Source: Felis catus
Taxonomy: Eukaryota
Direction: 5' to 3'
NCBI RefSeq assembly: GCF_018350175.1
Contig: NC_058368.1
Coordinates: forward strand, 23,066,001 to 23,130,000
DNA: 64,000 nt
Part shown: positions 48,705 to 61,129 of the stretch, piece by piece
Layout of the letters: every line of letters starts with the position of its first letter
How positions within the stretch are numbered: the first letter of the stretch is position 1
Translations under genes and position numbers: made by a program
Notes under the pieces: model-generated
Seen by the model: the letters and a program-made list of their open reading frames with translations, nothing else
Told to the model about the DNA's origin: nothing
The model's database searches: none

Positions 48705-50725
48705 CCAATTGGACAACCACCTATTGGCTAAAGGTCATGGTCATAGTAGGGATTGGGGGCACAGACTACATGTGTATGTATTGCAGGAGTCTGCATGTAA
48801 AAGTCCTCTCAAGGATTCTGATTCCAGTAAGAATCCCTGGCTGCCCTCATATAAAGTATCTGCATTTTGATACAGGCCTCTTAAATGCCAGGTGTCTGTA
48901 ATACACAAAGGAATGAGTCACTAATGATGGAAGGTCAGGTGCCATTCCACGTAAAGGTTTGTTTCCTTGCAGGGAGGGGAGAATTTTCCATTCTTTCTCA
49001 AAGGGGGGAAAAAAAAACAACACCTTTTTTTCTTTGGTTTCAACTCTGCCATTGGCCCGAGATATTTTTCCTATAAGACATCCTTCTTTGTGGACATATT
49101 TATGTCAAAATATTTCCCCCCTATTTCTCACCTCCTTTCTGACTTGTACACATGGTAAGTGCTGCTTATTGAGGAGCTATTGCTGGGGGAAAGGAGAAGT
49201 TGTGTTGGGGGACCCTCCCTCTCCTCAGCTATCATGAACTTCTCTGGCTCTGCTTCAGCAGGATGACAGGGAGTGTCCCACCCACTGTGACTAACACTTT
49301 TGTTGAAGCATTTAATTGCTGTCCCTCTGACAAGTCTTTATAAGCACAAGCATGCTATATCCTTCCCCCCATCCTACTTCAACAGATAGCTGATAAGCTG
49401 CTGCTCGGGCTTGGGGTGGAGAGCGATTCACTTTCTCCTCATTTTCTAGAACCTTCCATAGCAGAGTGCCTGTAGAGAGCTGGCTAATGTAACCTCTCAC
49501 GGTCAATGGAGCCAAGGACAATTTCATCCCCAAGAACATTGTTGGTTTGGGGGCAATGATTTGCATTTAATGAAAACAATAACTTTCCACAGCTGCTAGA
49601 AAACACAATTTGGCTCTATTGTGGTGACAAGTGCTTACTTTCTTTCATACCAGCCCAAAGAAGTTTCACACTTCAGAAACTTTCCTCACTACCAGTGGGT
49701 TAATAAATACAGATGGAAATTTCTTCGGCAGCAGGCTGAGGAGCTGTGAGAGCATAATCAGCCCTCAGCTGATTCTTGCCACCCAAAGCAAGAGGAACTG
49801 GTTTTCTGCAACCGGTTTTATAACACCAGTGGGGAAACTGATTACCCTCCAGGTAGAAGCTCGGTAGCCGGTTTGTTCTGGATCATCATGCTTGCCTCCT
49901 TCTCAGTTTCTGCCTTGTGTCAACTGTACCATCTCCCTTAGTTTCAATTCCAGAAGCGCCCTTTCCCTGCAATGGCTCTTCTCTGACCACCTGGGCACCC
50001 CAGGCTCTGGCCACACCTTGCCTGCAAGGCAAATAAGCACCTTTAATAATCACTTGGGAATAATCTCCTGAGTGGAAATAACAGACAGTCATCAAGAACA
50101 GAGGGCTCTTGCCTGGGCTTGCTCTGAAAATCCCCTTTGCAGAGGGGGTGCAGCTGTCTCTCCAGCTCCCTCGTTACACATCCCTTACCGAATTATCGGG
50201 ACGTTTATTCTGTCAAATATTAACCCTTGTCCTTGGTTGCTTTAGTGAAGAGAGATGGAGGTGGAAGGTAAAAGAAAAAAGAGAAAGGTGCAAGCAGAAA
50301 ACAAAGTGAAAGACGCTAAGGGAGGACCAGAAGTGGGAAGGGAAAGAATGGCGGGGGAGGGAAGGGGAGGGGGCTGGCAGGTCATCTGGGCACAGGGGGC
50401 CTCCAGCCTCATAATCTGCTCTGTGCATTCTTCTCACCAGGTTCATTGCTCTGCTGGGGCTTTCATTCTTATTGTCATGAAAAAATATATAATTACCAAG
50501 TGAAAAAAAAGCCAGGTAAAAACAGCATGTAAGTATGATCCCCCTTTGAAGTATTTGCTGGCATAAAGATTTGGAAGGCCACAGATAAAGATTTTAAGTG
50601 TTTATCTTGGAAGGGTAGGATTATAGATGAGTTTTTATTTTTTTTTTCTTTTTGCCAATCTCTACTTTCTACAATGGATGACTATTGTTTTTAACAGAAA
50701 AGTTAAAATCATGCTAAAGCGGGAA

Positions 50726-50915
50726 GGGGGCACCTGGGTGGCTCAGTTGGTTAAGGGTCGGACTCTTGGTTTGGACTCAGGTCGCGGTCTGTGCGAGCCC
50801 TGTGTCACACTCTGCACTGACAATGCGGAGCCTGCTTCAAATTGTGTCTCCCTCTCTCTCTGCCTCTCCCCTGCCCCTCAAAAATAAACATTAAAAAATA
50901 AATAAAAAATTAAAA
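50726..50915 (+). mobile_element. Can-SINE following an L1ME 3' remnant (about 50490-50710)
   Basis: gggggcacctgggtggctcagttggttaagggtcggactcttgg. Confidence 0.88.
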
Positions 50916-51049
50916 GGTAAGGGAAAAGACAGACACAAAGGAAGAAACAGTGGACTTAAGGGAAGGTGACAAAGGTTTTTGAGGCTATGTGATAATGCAG
51001 ATATTTAAACAAACTATGTATGCATTTCCCCTGTTTTAATTAATTGCCT

Positions 51050-51512
51050 GTTCTTTGCATTTTGACTACTATTTACAGTTTTTTAAGACCTCTAATTTTT
51101 AAATCTTTAGAGCTGTATTTCTTAAGGGAGGCACACGTGGGAATCAGCAAGGAAACTTTTTCAAAATACCCTGCCAGGGTCCCACCCTCAGAGGTTCTGA
51201 TTCAGAGTACAGACATAGGGCCTGGGTAAGAGTCTTCTGGAAAACCTTCCCAGGGTCTCTGATTCTCATCCTGGTTGACAGTTCCACCGTGTGCAAGATG
51301 ATTCACCGGGGGTACTGAAAGGAAATATTAGAACTTCTAATTTTATTTTCTATGGCATCCTTTAAAAATCTCTACTTGTATGTGTATTAATGCTCTATAT
51401 AATACTGATATTATAAGACATGTATAATTTGCAAATACATTTACGTATTTTAGGGAGTGTCAAAGACGCTTTTCTTATAAGGATCTACAATAAAAAATTT
51501 GGAGACAACTGC
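51050..51512. mobile_element. hAT-Charlie non-autonomous remnants (MER5-like plus a second element)
   Basis: cccaccctcagaggttctgattca...cctggttgaca; terminus aaaaaatttggagacaactg. Confidence 0.55.
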
Positions 51513-51939
51513 TTCAGAGAATGAATTATAAGTGGGATAATTCAAGTGTCCAACCAAATTAGAAATTTTTCTCCAGACTGAGGTAGAGAAGTGTCACACT
51601 ATGGATGATGACTCATTTTGACCTACTTAGTCTCCTTCTTAGAAATACATTACTATTTACTGGTCCTGGGTCATCATTTGTGGTGTATTATCTTCCCCAG
51701 GTAGGCTGCAGGTGTCTCCTTGGTAAATACACATGCACATACATGCCCCAACTATAGACGTCAGCATTTGGAAGCTCTCAAAGCCTTCAAGAGGCTCATC
51801 ATTATTCCGTGGTTCCTACATGATAAACTCTTATAACTGCTTTGAAAATAAGCACCTGCATTGTCTTAATGTGAAAAGCAAAACAATGAATAATAAATAG
51901 TAAATAAATATTGATTAAAAAATAAAACTATAGGAAAAA

Positions 51940-54655
51940 GAGTGAGAAGTAAATCTTCTAGGTAAAGAGAGAGAATTGAACATGCACACATCTCCTTTTG
52001 CTTTTTTCTAAAGCCTCAGTAAGATGATGGTAAATGGATTTTTTAAAAGGAAGAAATATTAGCAATCAAAAAAATTTTAACTCCTCAGAGCAACAAAATT
52101 TCGAAAGCTGAAAAGTAAGAAATGTGGCCATGACACAGCAGACAGGGGTAAATGGAATCCTAGCAAGCAAGTGGGGAAATTCAAGAAACCAATCAGAATT
52201 TCCCAAAGGCTCAAGAATTGACGGGGAGACCTCTGTCAGTGAGGTGGGGACATGCAAAACCATAAGGGGTGGTTCAAACTCTATTTAGAAAGCAGTTAAC
52301 TCCCAGATCCTCTCCCCTCTCTGCAGAGCCAGGCCAGTACCCACTGCAGAGAGACTAGATCAGGGGTCTGTAGACTGGAGGACATTGGGCAGAGATGATG
52401 ACTGGATGTTGTACTGAAAACAGAGGCATGAAGTGGATAGGTGGAGACCCACAGCTCTTTGTTTGCTGTGTTCCCCCCAGTGCCCACAGCCAGAATGATG
52501 TCTTTGGACATAAGCTTGTAAGAGTCCTCTCTGGGGAGTTTGGTCTCCCCAAGAGGAAAAACAAAGGCACTGATTTGGGAGTCTGCCAAGCAAACAGCCC
52601 AGCCAGAATGTATGGTGGAGCCTCTGGTCAATAAGCCCCTAAGGTTCAGAACTTCACTCAGCTTTTCAGCCCCTGTTCTTAAATAGGAGCAGACCATCAA
52701 GGTTTACTAGACATGGAGAAAAGCCTCTTACATAAAATATAAAGACCAAAATGAATAGAAGAAAGAAACTTAGAGAAAAGGGAAACCAAACAGGTTGAGG
52801 AAAACATCCAATACCCTGTGATTAATATCCTCAGAGCTGGGGCACCTGGCTTGCTCAGTCAGTTAAGCATCTGTCTCTTGATTTTGGCTCAGGTCCTGAT
52901 GTCACATTTTGTGGGTTTGAGTTCTGCACTGGTCTCTGCTGACAAGGCAGATCCTGCTTGGGATCCTCTCTCTCACCCTCTCTCTGTCCCACTCCCCTAC
53001 TTGTTCTCTTTCTCTCTCTCTCTCAAAATAAATAAATAAACTTAAAAAAAATCCTCAGAGCTAAGATATGTAACCATCAAATAAGTATATGACATTAGAA
53101 AAAGGAACATCCAGGAACAAATGTTAGACCCCTTGGAAATTAGAAATAGGATAATAAAAACTAAAATACAATAAAAGGGTTAGAAAATGAAGAAGAGTAA
53201 GTCTCTGAAATTAGAGCAAAAGAGAAAGAAATAAGTGAAAAATAAGAAAAAAGGGGAATCCAGAACAGAATATCTAATTTATGAAAATAGGAATTCCAAA
53301 AAGAGAGAACAGAGAAATCATAGGAGAGACCATTATTAAAGACATAATTGAAAAATATTTCCCACAACAGAGGAGCATGTATTTCTGAAATGAAAGGTCC
53401 ATCAAATGCCTACACAAGGATTGAAAATAGACCCACATCAAGACACACCAGTGTGAAATCTCAGAACAATGAAGACAACAAAAAAATGCCACAAGCTTCC
53501 AAAGAAGAGGAGAAAATAGCTCCTATGAAGAGGGTGATGAATTAGAATGGTTTCAGGCTTCCCAATAGCAAACCCAGGGGCCAGATGGCAAATACCTTCA
53601 AAATTCTCCAAGAAAATGATTTCCAGTTTAGAATTCTATACCCAGCCCAAACTATCTACCAAGTGTCAGGATGGATTAAAAATGTGTCCGGGGTGCCTGG
53701 TTGGTTAAGCGTCTGACTCCTGGTTTCTCACTTTGTGAGACAGGGCCCCATGTAGAGCTCTGTGCTGACAGTGTGGAGCCTGCTTGGGATTCTCCCCCCA
53801 CCCACTCTCTCTCTCTTTTTCTCCCTCTGCCCCTCCCCACACTCCCACCTCTCTCTCTCTCAAAATAAATAAACATTTTAAAAAATTTTTTTCAAAAGTT
53901 GCAGACATACAAATTCTCAAGAATTTATCTCCCATGCCCCTTCCCCAGGAAGTTCCCAGGACATTTGTCAAAACATGAAGCAAATAACACCAGAGCTTAC
54001 CCAGAAGGGAACTACCCTGGGATGACCACGAAGCGAGATTCCAAGATGAGAGACGTGCCTCAGGTCCAGGTTGCAGTGCATTAGAAGGCTTTGGGAGAGA
54101 TTTTGGGGGAGATTGATGAAATTGTTAGAGTACCCAAAGATTCTGAATGTCTTGAGGGCAGACACTGACAGATAGCAAATTTAAATGTGTAGAAGATGAA
54201 GCAAACAGAAAGTAACAGAGTTGTTAGCTCCAAGGACAACAAAAAGGTGTGCAGGAAAGGAAGTTATCACGATTTGCTGTGGTTCAGCTATGAGTGATGT
54301 TTTATACCCACTGTAACACAAACATTGACTGAGATGACAACATTGTGGAACAGGAAGAATGGAGGATGGGGAAGGACGAACATGTATGGTGGGGGCAGTG
54401 GAAGGAAAGACACCTTATCTTCTATCCTGGACAGAAATCAGATAATGGCTAACATTGAAAGAGCAAGGAACAGCATTTCAAGCTTGTTAATTTGGAGACC
54501 TGGAGATAAATACCAAAAGAAAGAGGCTTAAGTGTAGAAAATGGTGAGGAGGAGAGGGGATTGCTGTTTTTCATGACAAATTTTGTAGAACAATTTAACA
54601 TTGTAGATTATGTGCATGTAGAACTCTGGGGGACAAAGAGAATATTTAAAAAGTG
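51940..54655 (+). mobile_element. HAL1 (half-L1, ORF1-only non-autonomous LINE), near full length, with plus-strand Can-SINEs at 52839-53049 and 53690-53897
   Basis: Decayed L1 ORF1-like codons at about 53150-53990 (IENRPTSRHTSVKSQN; FKILQENDFQFRILYPA) followed by non-ORF2 sequence ending gctgtttttcatgacaaattttgtagaacaattt...tatgtgcatgta. Confidence 0.7.
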
Positions 54656-55851
54656 CCTATTAATATTTTCTTCAGGAAAAACAAAGTACATCTCCTTTCC
54701 TCTCTGGATTCTAATTCCCAGAGCTCTGCTTGCTAGAGACTGCTTGCTGTTCCTTTTGAGTTCCTCCAAACATATTCTGCGGCTCTATATGAGGCTTACA
54801 CTTGCCTCATAAACTACAGTCCTGATTGAATCTTGTGATCCACCATGATCTTGAGTCAGACACATCCAGGCCACTTTCATTTTTTGAGGCTCCCAATATA
54901 TCGAAAAAGAAAAAGTTGCAAAAATGGGATTTAAAACTGTGGGTGAGCTTTACATGTCTACGTTAATAAAGGAATACATTTATCAGATACTAGAGTGATG
55001 CCAGAGTTCTAAATTTCAGGCCCTAGGAGAATGTGAGGCCCAGGCTAAGTGGCTTTCCTGCACCCCCACCCCCCAGCACTCCCCAGCCCCTTCCCGTTCT
55101 GTGCTCAGTCTTACCCTGAGATCCTTTTCTAATTTTACCGTCTTCCCTCTTCCCTCGCCCCGCCTGTTATTGTGCTATTTCCTTCCCTTCTACAGAATGT
55201 GTATTATTCTGCATTTGCCTTCACTGAGCATCATTCAGTTCCAAGCAATTCCTCTGGCTCTTCCTCACCCTGCTGTCACCTGTCCTTTGAATCAATATGC
55301 TCTCCATCCTAACAACCCTCATTAATTAATTAAAATGCCCTCCTCCGCCTGTTTTCCATTTTGGTACCACATTCACATTTAATGAGCATGCTGGCCATTC
55401 CATTATTCAGGTCACTGATGAAATGTTACATCACCAGCCCCAGTCTCTGTGGACACCACATTTGTTATGTCCTCCTAAGTTAATAATAATCCACAGTATT
55501 CATTCTCTAGGCATGCAGCCACTCGTAATTATGTGGTTTAGAATTTAAATTTTAGACCAGTGGTTTGAAAACCTGGTTGCATGCTAGAGACACCAAGGGA
55601 GATTTTTAAAATGTGGATCCTAGATCTTACAACAATCCTATCATACTATATTAAAAATAGGCCCAATAAATGAACCTGGTCACCTTGGATACAGAATCTT
55701 CTTCGTCTGTTTGAAGAGAAGAAAAGTAAAATATTAGAGATGACGTTCAGGGCCTTGCAATACAAAGAGGTGACAGGCTGTCAAATTTTAAGTTCTAGTT
55801 TTCCTTTCCTTGAATTCTAAAGGGCAAAAAAATTTAACTTGGTCATGGGTG

Positions 55852-56332
55852 CTCTATTAGTTTTCTATTTCTGTTGTAAAAAAAAAAACAAAAACAAAAA
55901 AAACTACCACAAATGTAGTGGCTTAAAATAACACAAATTGATTATCTTACAGTTTGGGAAGTTGGAAGTCTGAAATGAATCTCACTGGTGTAAAATCAAG
56001 GTGTCAGCAGAGCTGTTCTGGCTCTATTTCTTGCCTTTTCCTGCTTCCAGAAGCCACCCACATTCCTTGGCTTGTGGCCCCATTTCTCCAGCGATGTGGA
56101 GTCCTACACATGCTGTTACCTCTCTGGCCCTCTCTCCTACCTCCCTCTTTCCACTTTTAAGGAAACTTGTTATTGCATTGGCCCTGCCCAGATATTCCAG
56201 GATAATCTCCCTATCTCAAAATCAGCTGATTAGAAATCGTGTGTTTTTGCCATGTAGCCTGACATGGTCACAGTTTCAGGGAGTAGGACATGGACATTAT
56301 TATGGGCAGGGGGTATTATTCCGCTTACCACA
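55852..56332 (-). mobile_element. MaLR solo LTR (MLT1C/D-like)
   Basis: tattagttttctatttctgttgtaa...gtggcttaaaataacacaaattgattatcttacagt...ccaggataatctccctatctcaaaatc. Confidence 0.85.
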
Positions 56333-56360
56333 GGAGCATATTCAGTTTTCTCCTAGTAGT

Positions 56361-56559
56361 TTCTTTTTTTTTCTTTCTTTATTTTGGGAGAGAGAAAGAA
56401 CACATGTGCAAAGGGAAGAGGAGCAGAGAGAGGAAGAGAGAGAGAATCTCAAGCAGGCTCCTCGTTGCCATTGCAGAGCCTGACATGGGGCCATGAGATC
56501 ATGACCTGAGGTGAGATCAAGAGTCTGACACTTAACTGACTGGGCCACCCATACTCCCC
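56361..56559 (-). mobile_element. Can-SINE
   Basis: Antisense body; degenerate TSD tctc(c/t)tagta. Confidence 0.88.
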
Positions 56560-56859
56560 TCTCTTAGTAATTTTTAGATAAGATAAACTCTTAACTCTTC
56601 ATTTAGAATTCTACACAAAGCTCACAACCCCCTGGGCACAGTGACACATCCTGCCTCCTACCTAAAGGCCTATCCCTAGAGCCCAGGGACCTGCTGTGAT
56701 CAGGGCCTCTCATATCAGGCTGCAGGACTATTGCCTAACCTTGACTCTGGAGACCACCTCATTAGGCCAGCAGCCTCCAGTGTGGGATCACTGTGTTCAG
56801 TGTAAGCTGAAAATCTCTCTCCCATGGGCACTGGTACAGGGTGGGTTTGGAACATGCAG

Positions 56860-57065
56860 TACAGTATCCCTGGGTTAACTTCAATCCATTTTCAGTCTCT
56901 ATGGCTGCACAAAGGATTCTAAGCCATAAGTTTCCACTGGGAAGTCCCTGGTGCCTTTCTGCATTCCCCATTGAACCAGAAGCTCAAGTGATGGGGCCCA
57001 GAAATCTGCATTCTTTAATATTTCCAGTTTAATTCTGTGTACTGTCAGGGTTAGGAACTATGGGT
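56860..57065. mobile_element. MER5-like hAT remnant
   Basis: ggggcccagaaatctgcattctttaa...aattctgtgtactgtcagggttaggaacta. Confidence 0.5.
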
Positions 57066-58859
57066 TTAGACCATGTTTTTTAGTTTAATGAATATATTGT
57101 AAAGATTAAAACTGAAACCTTGCCAAAATCAAGATTATTAGTAGCACTATTACTTTTTGGGAAATGTCAGATTCTTATATACAATTAAAATATATTATAT
57201 ATTTTACATATATTATATCTATATATTATATAGCATATATATTATGATATGTTAATGTATATTAATGACATAGAAGTGTTATATATTACTTTCTGATAGA
57301 AAAAAATCAGATTAAAAGTATGTTCTATTTAAGAAAATCCAATGGCCTGAAACCAAATTTATAAATAATAACAAAAACAATTAGGCGGTAATAATTTATA
57401 TTACAAAGTAATTCATTGTATTATTTCCTTTAAACAACATTTCCCTCTAGGTCTCTTAAAATACCAGTCAATACACAAAAATTCAGTTTGTGTATTGTTT
57501 TTCAGGAACATTTCTAGTGCATCAAGCATGGTGCACCTGACTCCTGATGAGGTTGGGCTTGTGGTTTGAGGAATTTGAGTGGAAGAAAAAACAGAGTTGA
57601 CTGGTCTGTGGAATCTATTGCCTAGGTCTTCCTCTCTGTGGTGTCCCAGGGCCAGGTATGCTAGCTTGGTCACACCCTTGTCTGCATTCGAGCCCACGTA
57701 GCTCCAGCTTTAGGCTCAGCCCTGTATTCATTCCTGGGATGACTCCTAAAGTCACAGGAGTTTCAGAATCCCTAGCTCAGCACTGAGAACAAGCATCAGA
57801 TGGCCCTGACCTTGGTCCTCACTTCTGATAATTGGGATTTCAGCTTTCTTTCCCAAGTGTTGGCCTATAGCTTGAGCTTCTGCTTGGGGTGTCTGCCTTC
57901 TTTGGAGCTTTTTACTTCTCCTCTCCATGGCAGGCTCTCAGGACATTTAACTTGAAACCTTAGCCATGCGTGCAGAACCTGAGACTGTCCCTGAAGAGAC
58001 AGGCTCACACCCACCAACCAGTGGCTTGAGAAGGAACTTGTTCTCCTGTATTAGGATCCTATGATGATCTGGCCATCTTCACCCCCTTCACAGTGGGCTC
58101 TCTCGAATGCCAGTGACATTGCAGTGCTGGGCTTTCTTCATTTTGGTTCCAGACCCCTGGGTCTGTTTGTGGCCTTAAACTGGGCCCTGGCCTGCTTGTC
58201 TGAAAATTTAATTCTCTCTTCATGTTAGCATTTCTTCTGATGCAAGGATTAGATCCCATTCTCTATATCCCCAGCTGCTCATTGTGACCCTGCTTCAAAC
58301 TAACCAGACCATCTGGATCCATTTTAATGGAATAAGATCTCCCACTAGATGAGAGCCTCTTAGATCTCAACACCTGCCCAGAGTAGCTTCAGCACCTGAG
58401 AGTGTAGTGGTTTGCTCTATTGTCCATCCTTTGTAAGACCTGCCTTAAAACTGGTTGGCCTTCCATCTGGACATGTGGTATCATGTGGTTATTTGTGTCT
58501 CAATTCTTCCATGTAATAGATGTGAAATCATCAAGTTTTGCTTAACTGGTTTGATCCTGAATAGATTTTATAGGTTTCTTCCCATCAAAATGTTCTGACC
58601 TATTTCATAAGTAGTTGTGGAATAATGTATGTAGAATGCCTTGTGCTTGGCCTATCATAAGGAGATATTACTGTTTCTTTTTTCTTATTTGTTCCCCAGT
58701 GACTCCTTGTCTGTGTGGCTAAAAGCCCCACGCATCTCAAGGCCAAACAGGTCCAGAAATTCTCTCTGGATGACCTATCTCATCTCTGCATCCTTAGAAG
58801 TCAGGAAAAGCCTGAGTTATTTGCAATTTTTGAGGCTCTTTGTATATAAATAAATGTTA

Positions 58860-60238
58860 AAAGAATGAAAAACTAAGACTCAGACCAAAGAAAATATTTG
58901 CAAAAAGAAATATCTGATAAAGGACTTGTATCCAAGATATATTAAAAAAAAAAAACAAAACACTTAAAACTCAAAACAAGGAAACAAACAACCCAATTAA
59001 AAAGTAAAAAGTGGGCAAAAGATCTGAGCAGATACCTCACAAAGATATACAGATGATAAACACTCATATCAAAAGATCCTTAACATAAAATAATATGCCA
59101 TTAGGAAATTACAAATTAAAATGAGATATACCAGCACATGACTATTAGAACGGCTAAAATCCGGAACATTGGCAACACCAAACGCTGGTAAGGATCGGAG
59201 CAAAAGAAACTCTCATTCATGGCTGATGAAATGCAAAATGGTACAACCACTTTCTTTTTAACATTTTTTACAGATTTTTTAAAGTTTATTTATTAGTTTG
59301 AGAGAGAAAGCACATGTGTGAGCGGGGGAGGAGCAGAGAGAGAGGGAGAGAGAAGATCCCAAGCAAGATCCACACTGTCAGCACAGAGCCTGACACAAGG
59401 CCTCAACTAACAAACCATGAGATCATGACCTGAGCCCAAACCAAGAGTTGGACACTTAACTGACTGAGCCACCCAGGCTCCCTGGTACAGTCACTTCAGA
59501 AGACATTTTGGTGGTTTCTTGCAAAACTAAGCATACTCTTACCATTTGATTTTACCCAAATGAGTTGAAAACTTATGTTCACACAAAACCTGCACATGGA
59601 TGTTTATAGCAGCTTTGTTCATAATTGCTAAAACTTGGAAGCAATGAAGGTATCCTTCATTCGGTGAATGGATAAATTGTGGTACATCTAGACAATGAAA
59701 TACTATTCTGTGATATGAAAAATTGAGCCATCAACCAGGGGAAGACATGGAGGAACCTTAAATGCATGTTGCTAAGTCAAGGAAGTCAGTCTGGAAAGTC
59801 TACATAGTGTATGATTCCAACATCATGGCGTTCTGGAAAAGGCAAAACTATGGAGACACTAAAAAGATCAGTGGTTGTCAACAGCCCAAGGGTAAGGAAT
59901 AAGAAGTGAACAGGTGAGACATAGGGGATTTTTAAAGCAACAAAGCTAGTCCATATGATACTGTACAGTGGATATATGACCTTGTGCCAAAACCCATAGA
60001 TATGTTCAACACAAAGAGTGAAACTTAAGGGAAATGATGGACTTCAGTCAGTAATTATGAGTCGACTGATTCATCAATTGTAACAAATATACCATACCAA
60101 CACAAAATATTAATAATAGGAAAAACTCTGTGTGCAAATGAGGGAGGGCAGGACTTGGGAACTCTGTAATATCTGCTCAATTTTTCTGTAAATCTGAAAC
60201 TATTCTAGAAAGTAGTCTATTAATTATAAAAAATAAAT
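58860..60238 (+). mobile_element. L1MC-like 3' portion containing a minus-strand Can-SINE at 59251-59482
   Basis: Homologous to 14254-15467; SINE TSD tggtaca(ac/gt)cactt. Confidence 0.88.
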
Positions 60239-60375
60239 ACTAAAATAGGGTTCATTTTAAATGTGGTTTATTTTAAATATTTCCATTTAAAAACTCAGTG
60301 CTTTTAAAACAAACAAAAATATAATGCAATGTAATTGTGCTTCTCACAAGGTAATTGTGGGATTATAAATATCTT

Positions 60376-60398
60376 TTTTTTTAACTCCAGTCTAATCA
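60376..60398 (-). mobile_element. Micro-retroinsertion (about 16 nt plus short poly(A)) with a 17-bp TSD
   Basis: gggattataaatatctt at 60359-60375 and 60399-60415 flank tttttttaactccagtctaatca. Confidence 0.75.
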
Positions 60399-61129
60399 GG
60401 GATTATAAATATCTTAATGCATAATGCATGACAGATGAATGGTCTACTAATGGGAGGCATGTTCCAAGCTGCATGATGAGAGTTTTCTTCCTTCAGTTCT
60501 CTGAGTGCATCTCTGTAATGTACATGAAACTTTACTTGGCAATAACCAGCATGGAGCCCCTTCCTTAATGTGAGACCTTTGGCAATGGAGCACCATGATG
60601 GGCCCTACTGGGGCTTAGCTTTGTTTTTCCAAGCCGCTTCCAACCCTACCCATTCTGCTTTTGAACTCGAGTTGGCTGGCTGTTTGCAGGTAGACATTTC
60701 TAGTCCTAACTGCCTATCTACCTAAACATCCAAGGCTCACCTGCTTGTGATGTCCCATTCCTATCCTCTGCCCACCTACTAAGCCTGGGCCAGCCACAAC
60801 ACTGAACAACTACAATGACTGTACATTGTGTTTTGCCAGCTGGAATACTTCTGGTTAATAGCTCTCCACAGAGAGGGACCAGAGATGAAAACAGAAGGAA
60901 TGATTTCATTACGCATAAGGCTTTCTTGCAGGGTCACTTCTGTGTCTACTTGCCTTTGCTATACTTCCTCTATTCCCAAGGGTGAGGCCTACCTCCCAGA
61001 AAGATAGAAATGAACACGCTTGCTGATTTCCCTTTTTTTTCACTTTTTCCAAGTTTTTTCTCATTATGATAGTGGTAAGTACTCTTAGAAAATGTGAAAG
61101 TCACAGAAATGCAGAAAGAAGCACAGAAA

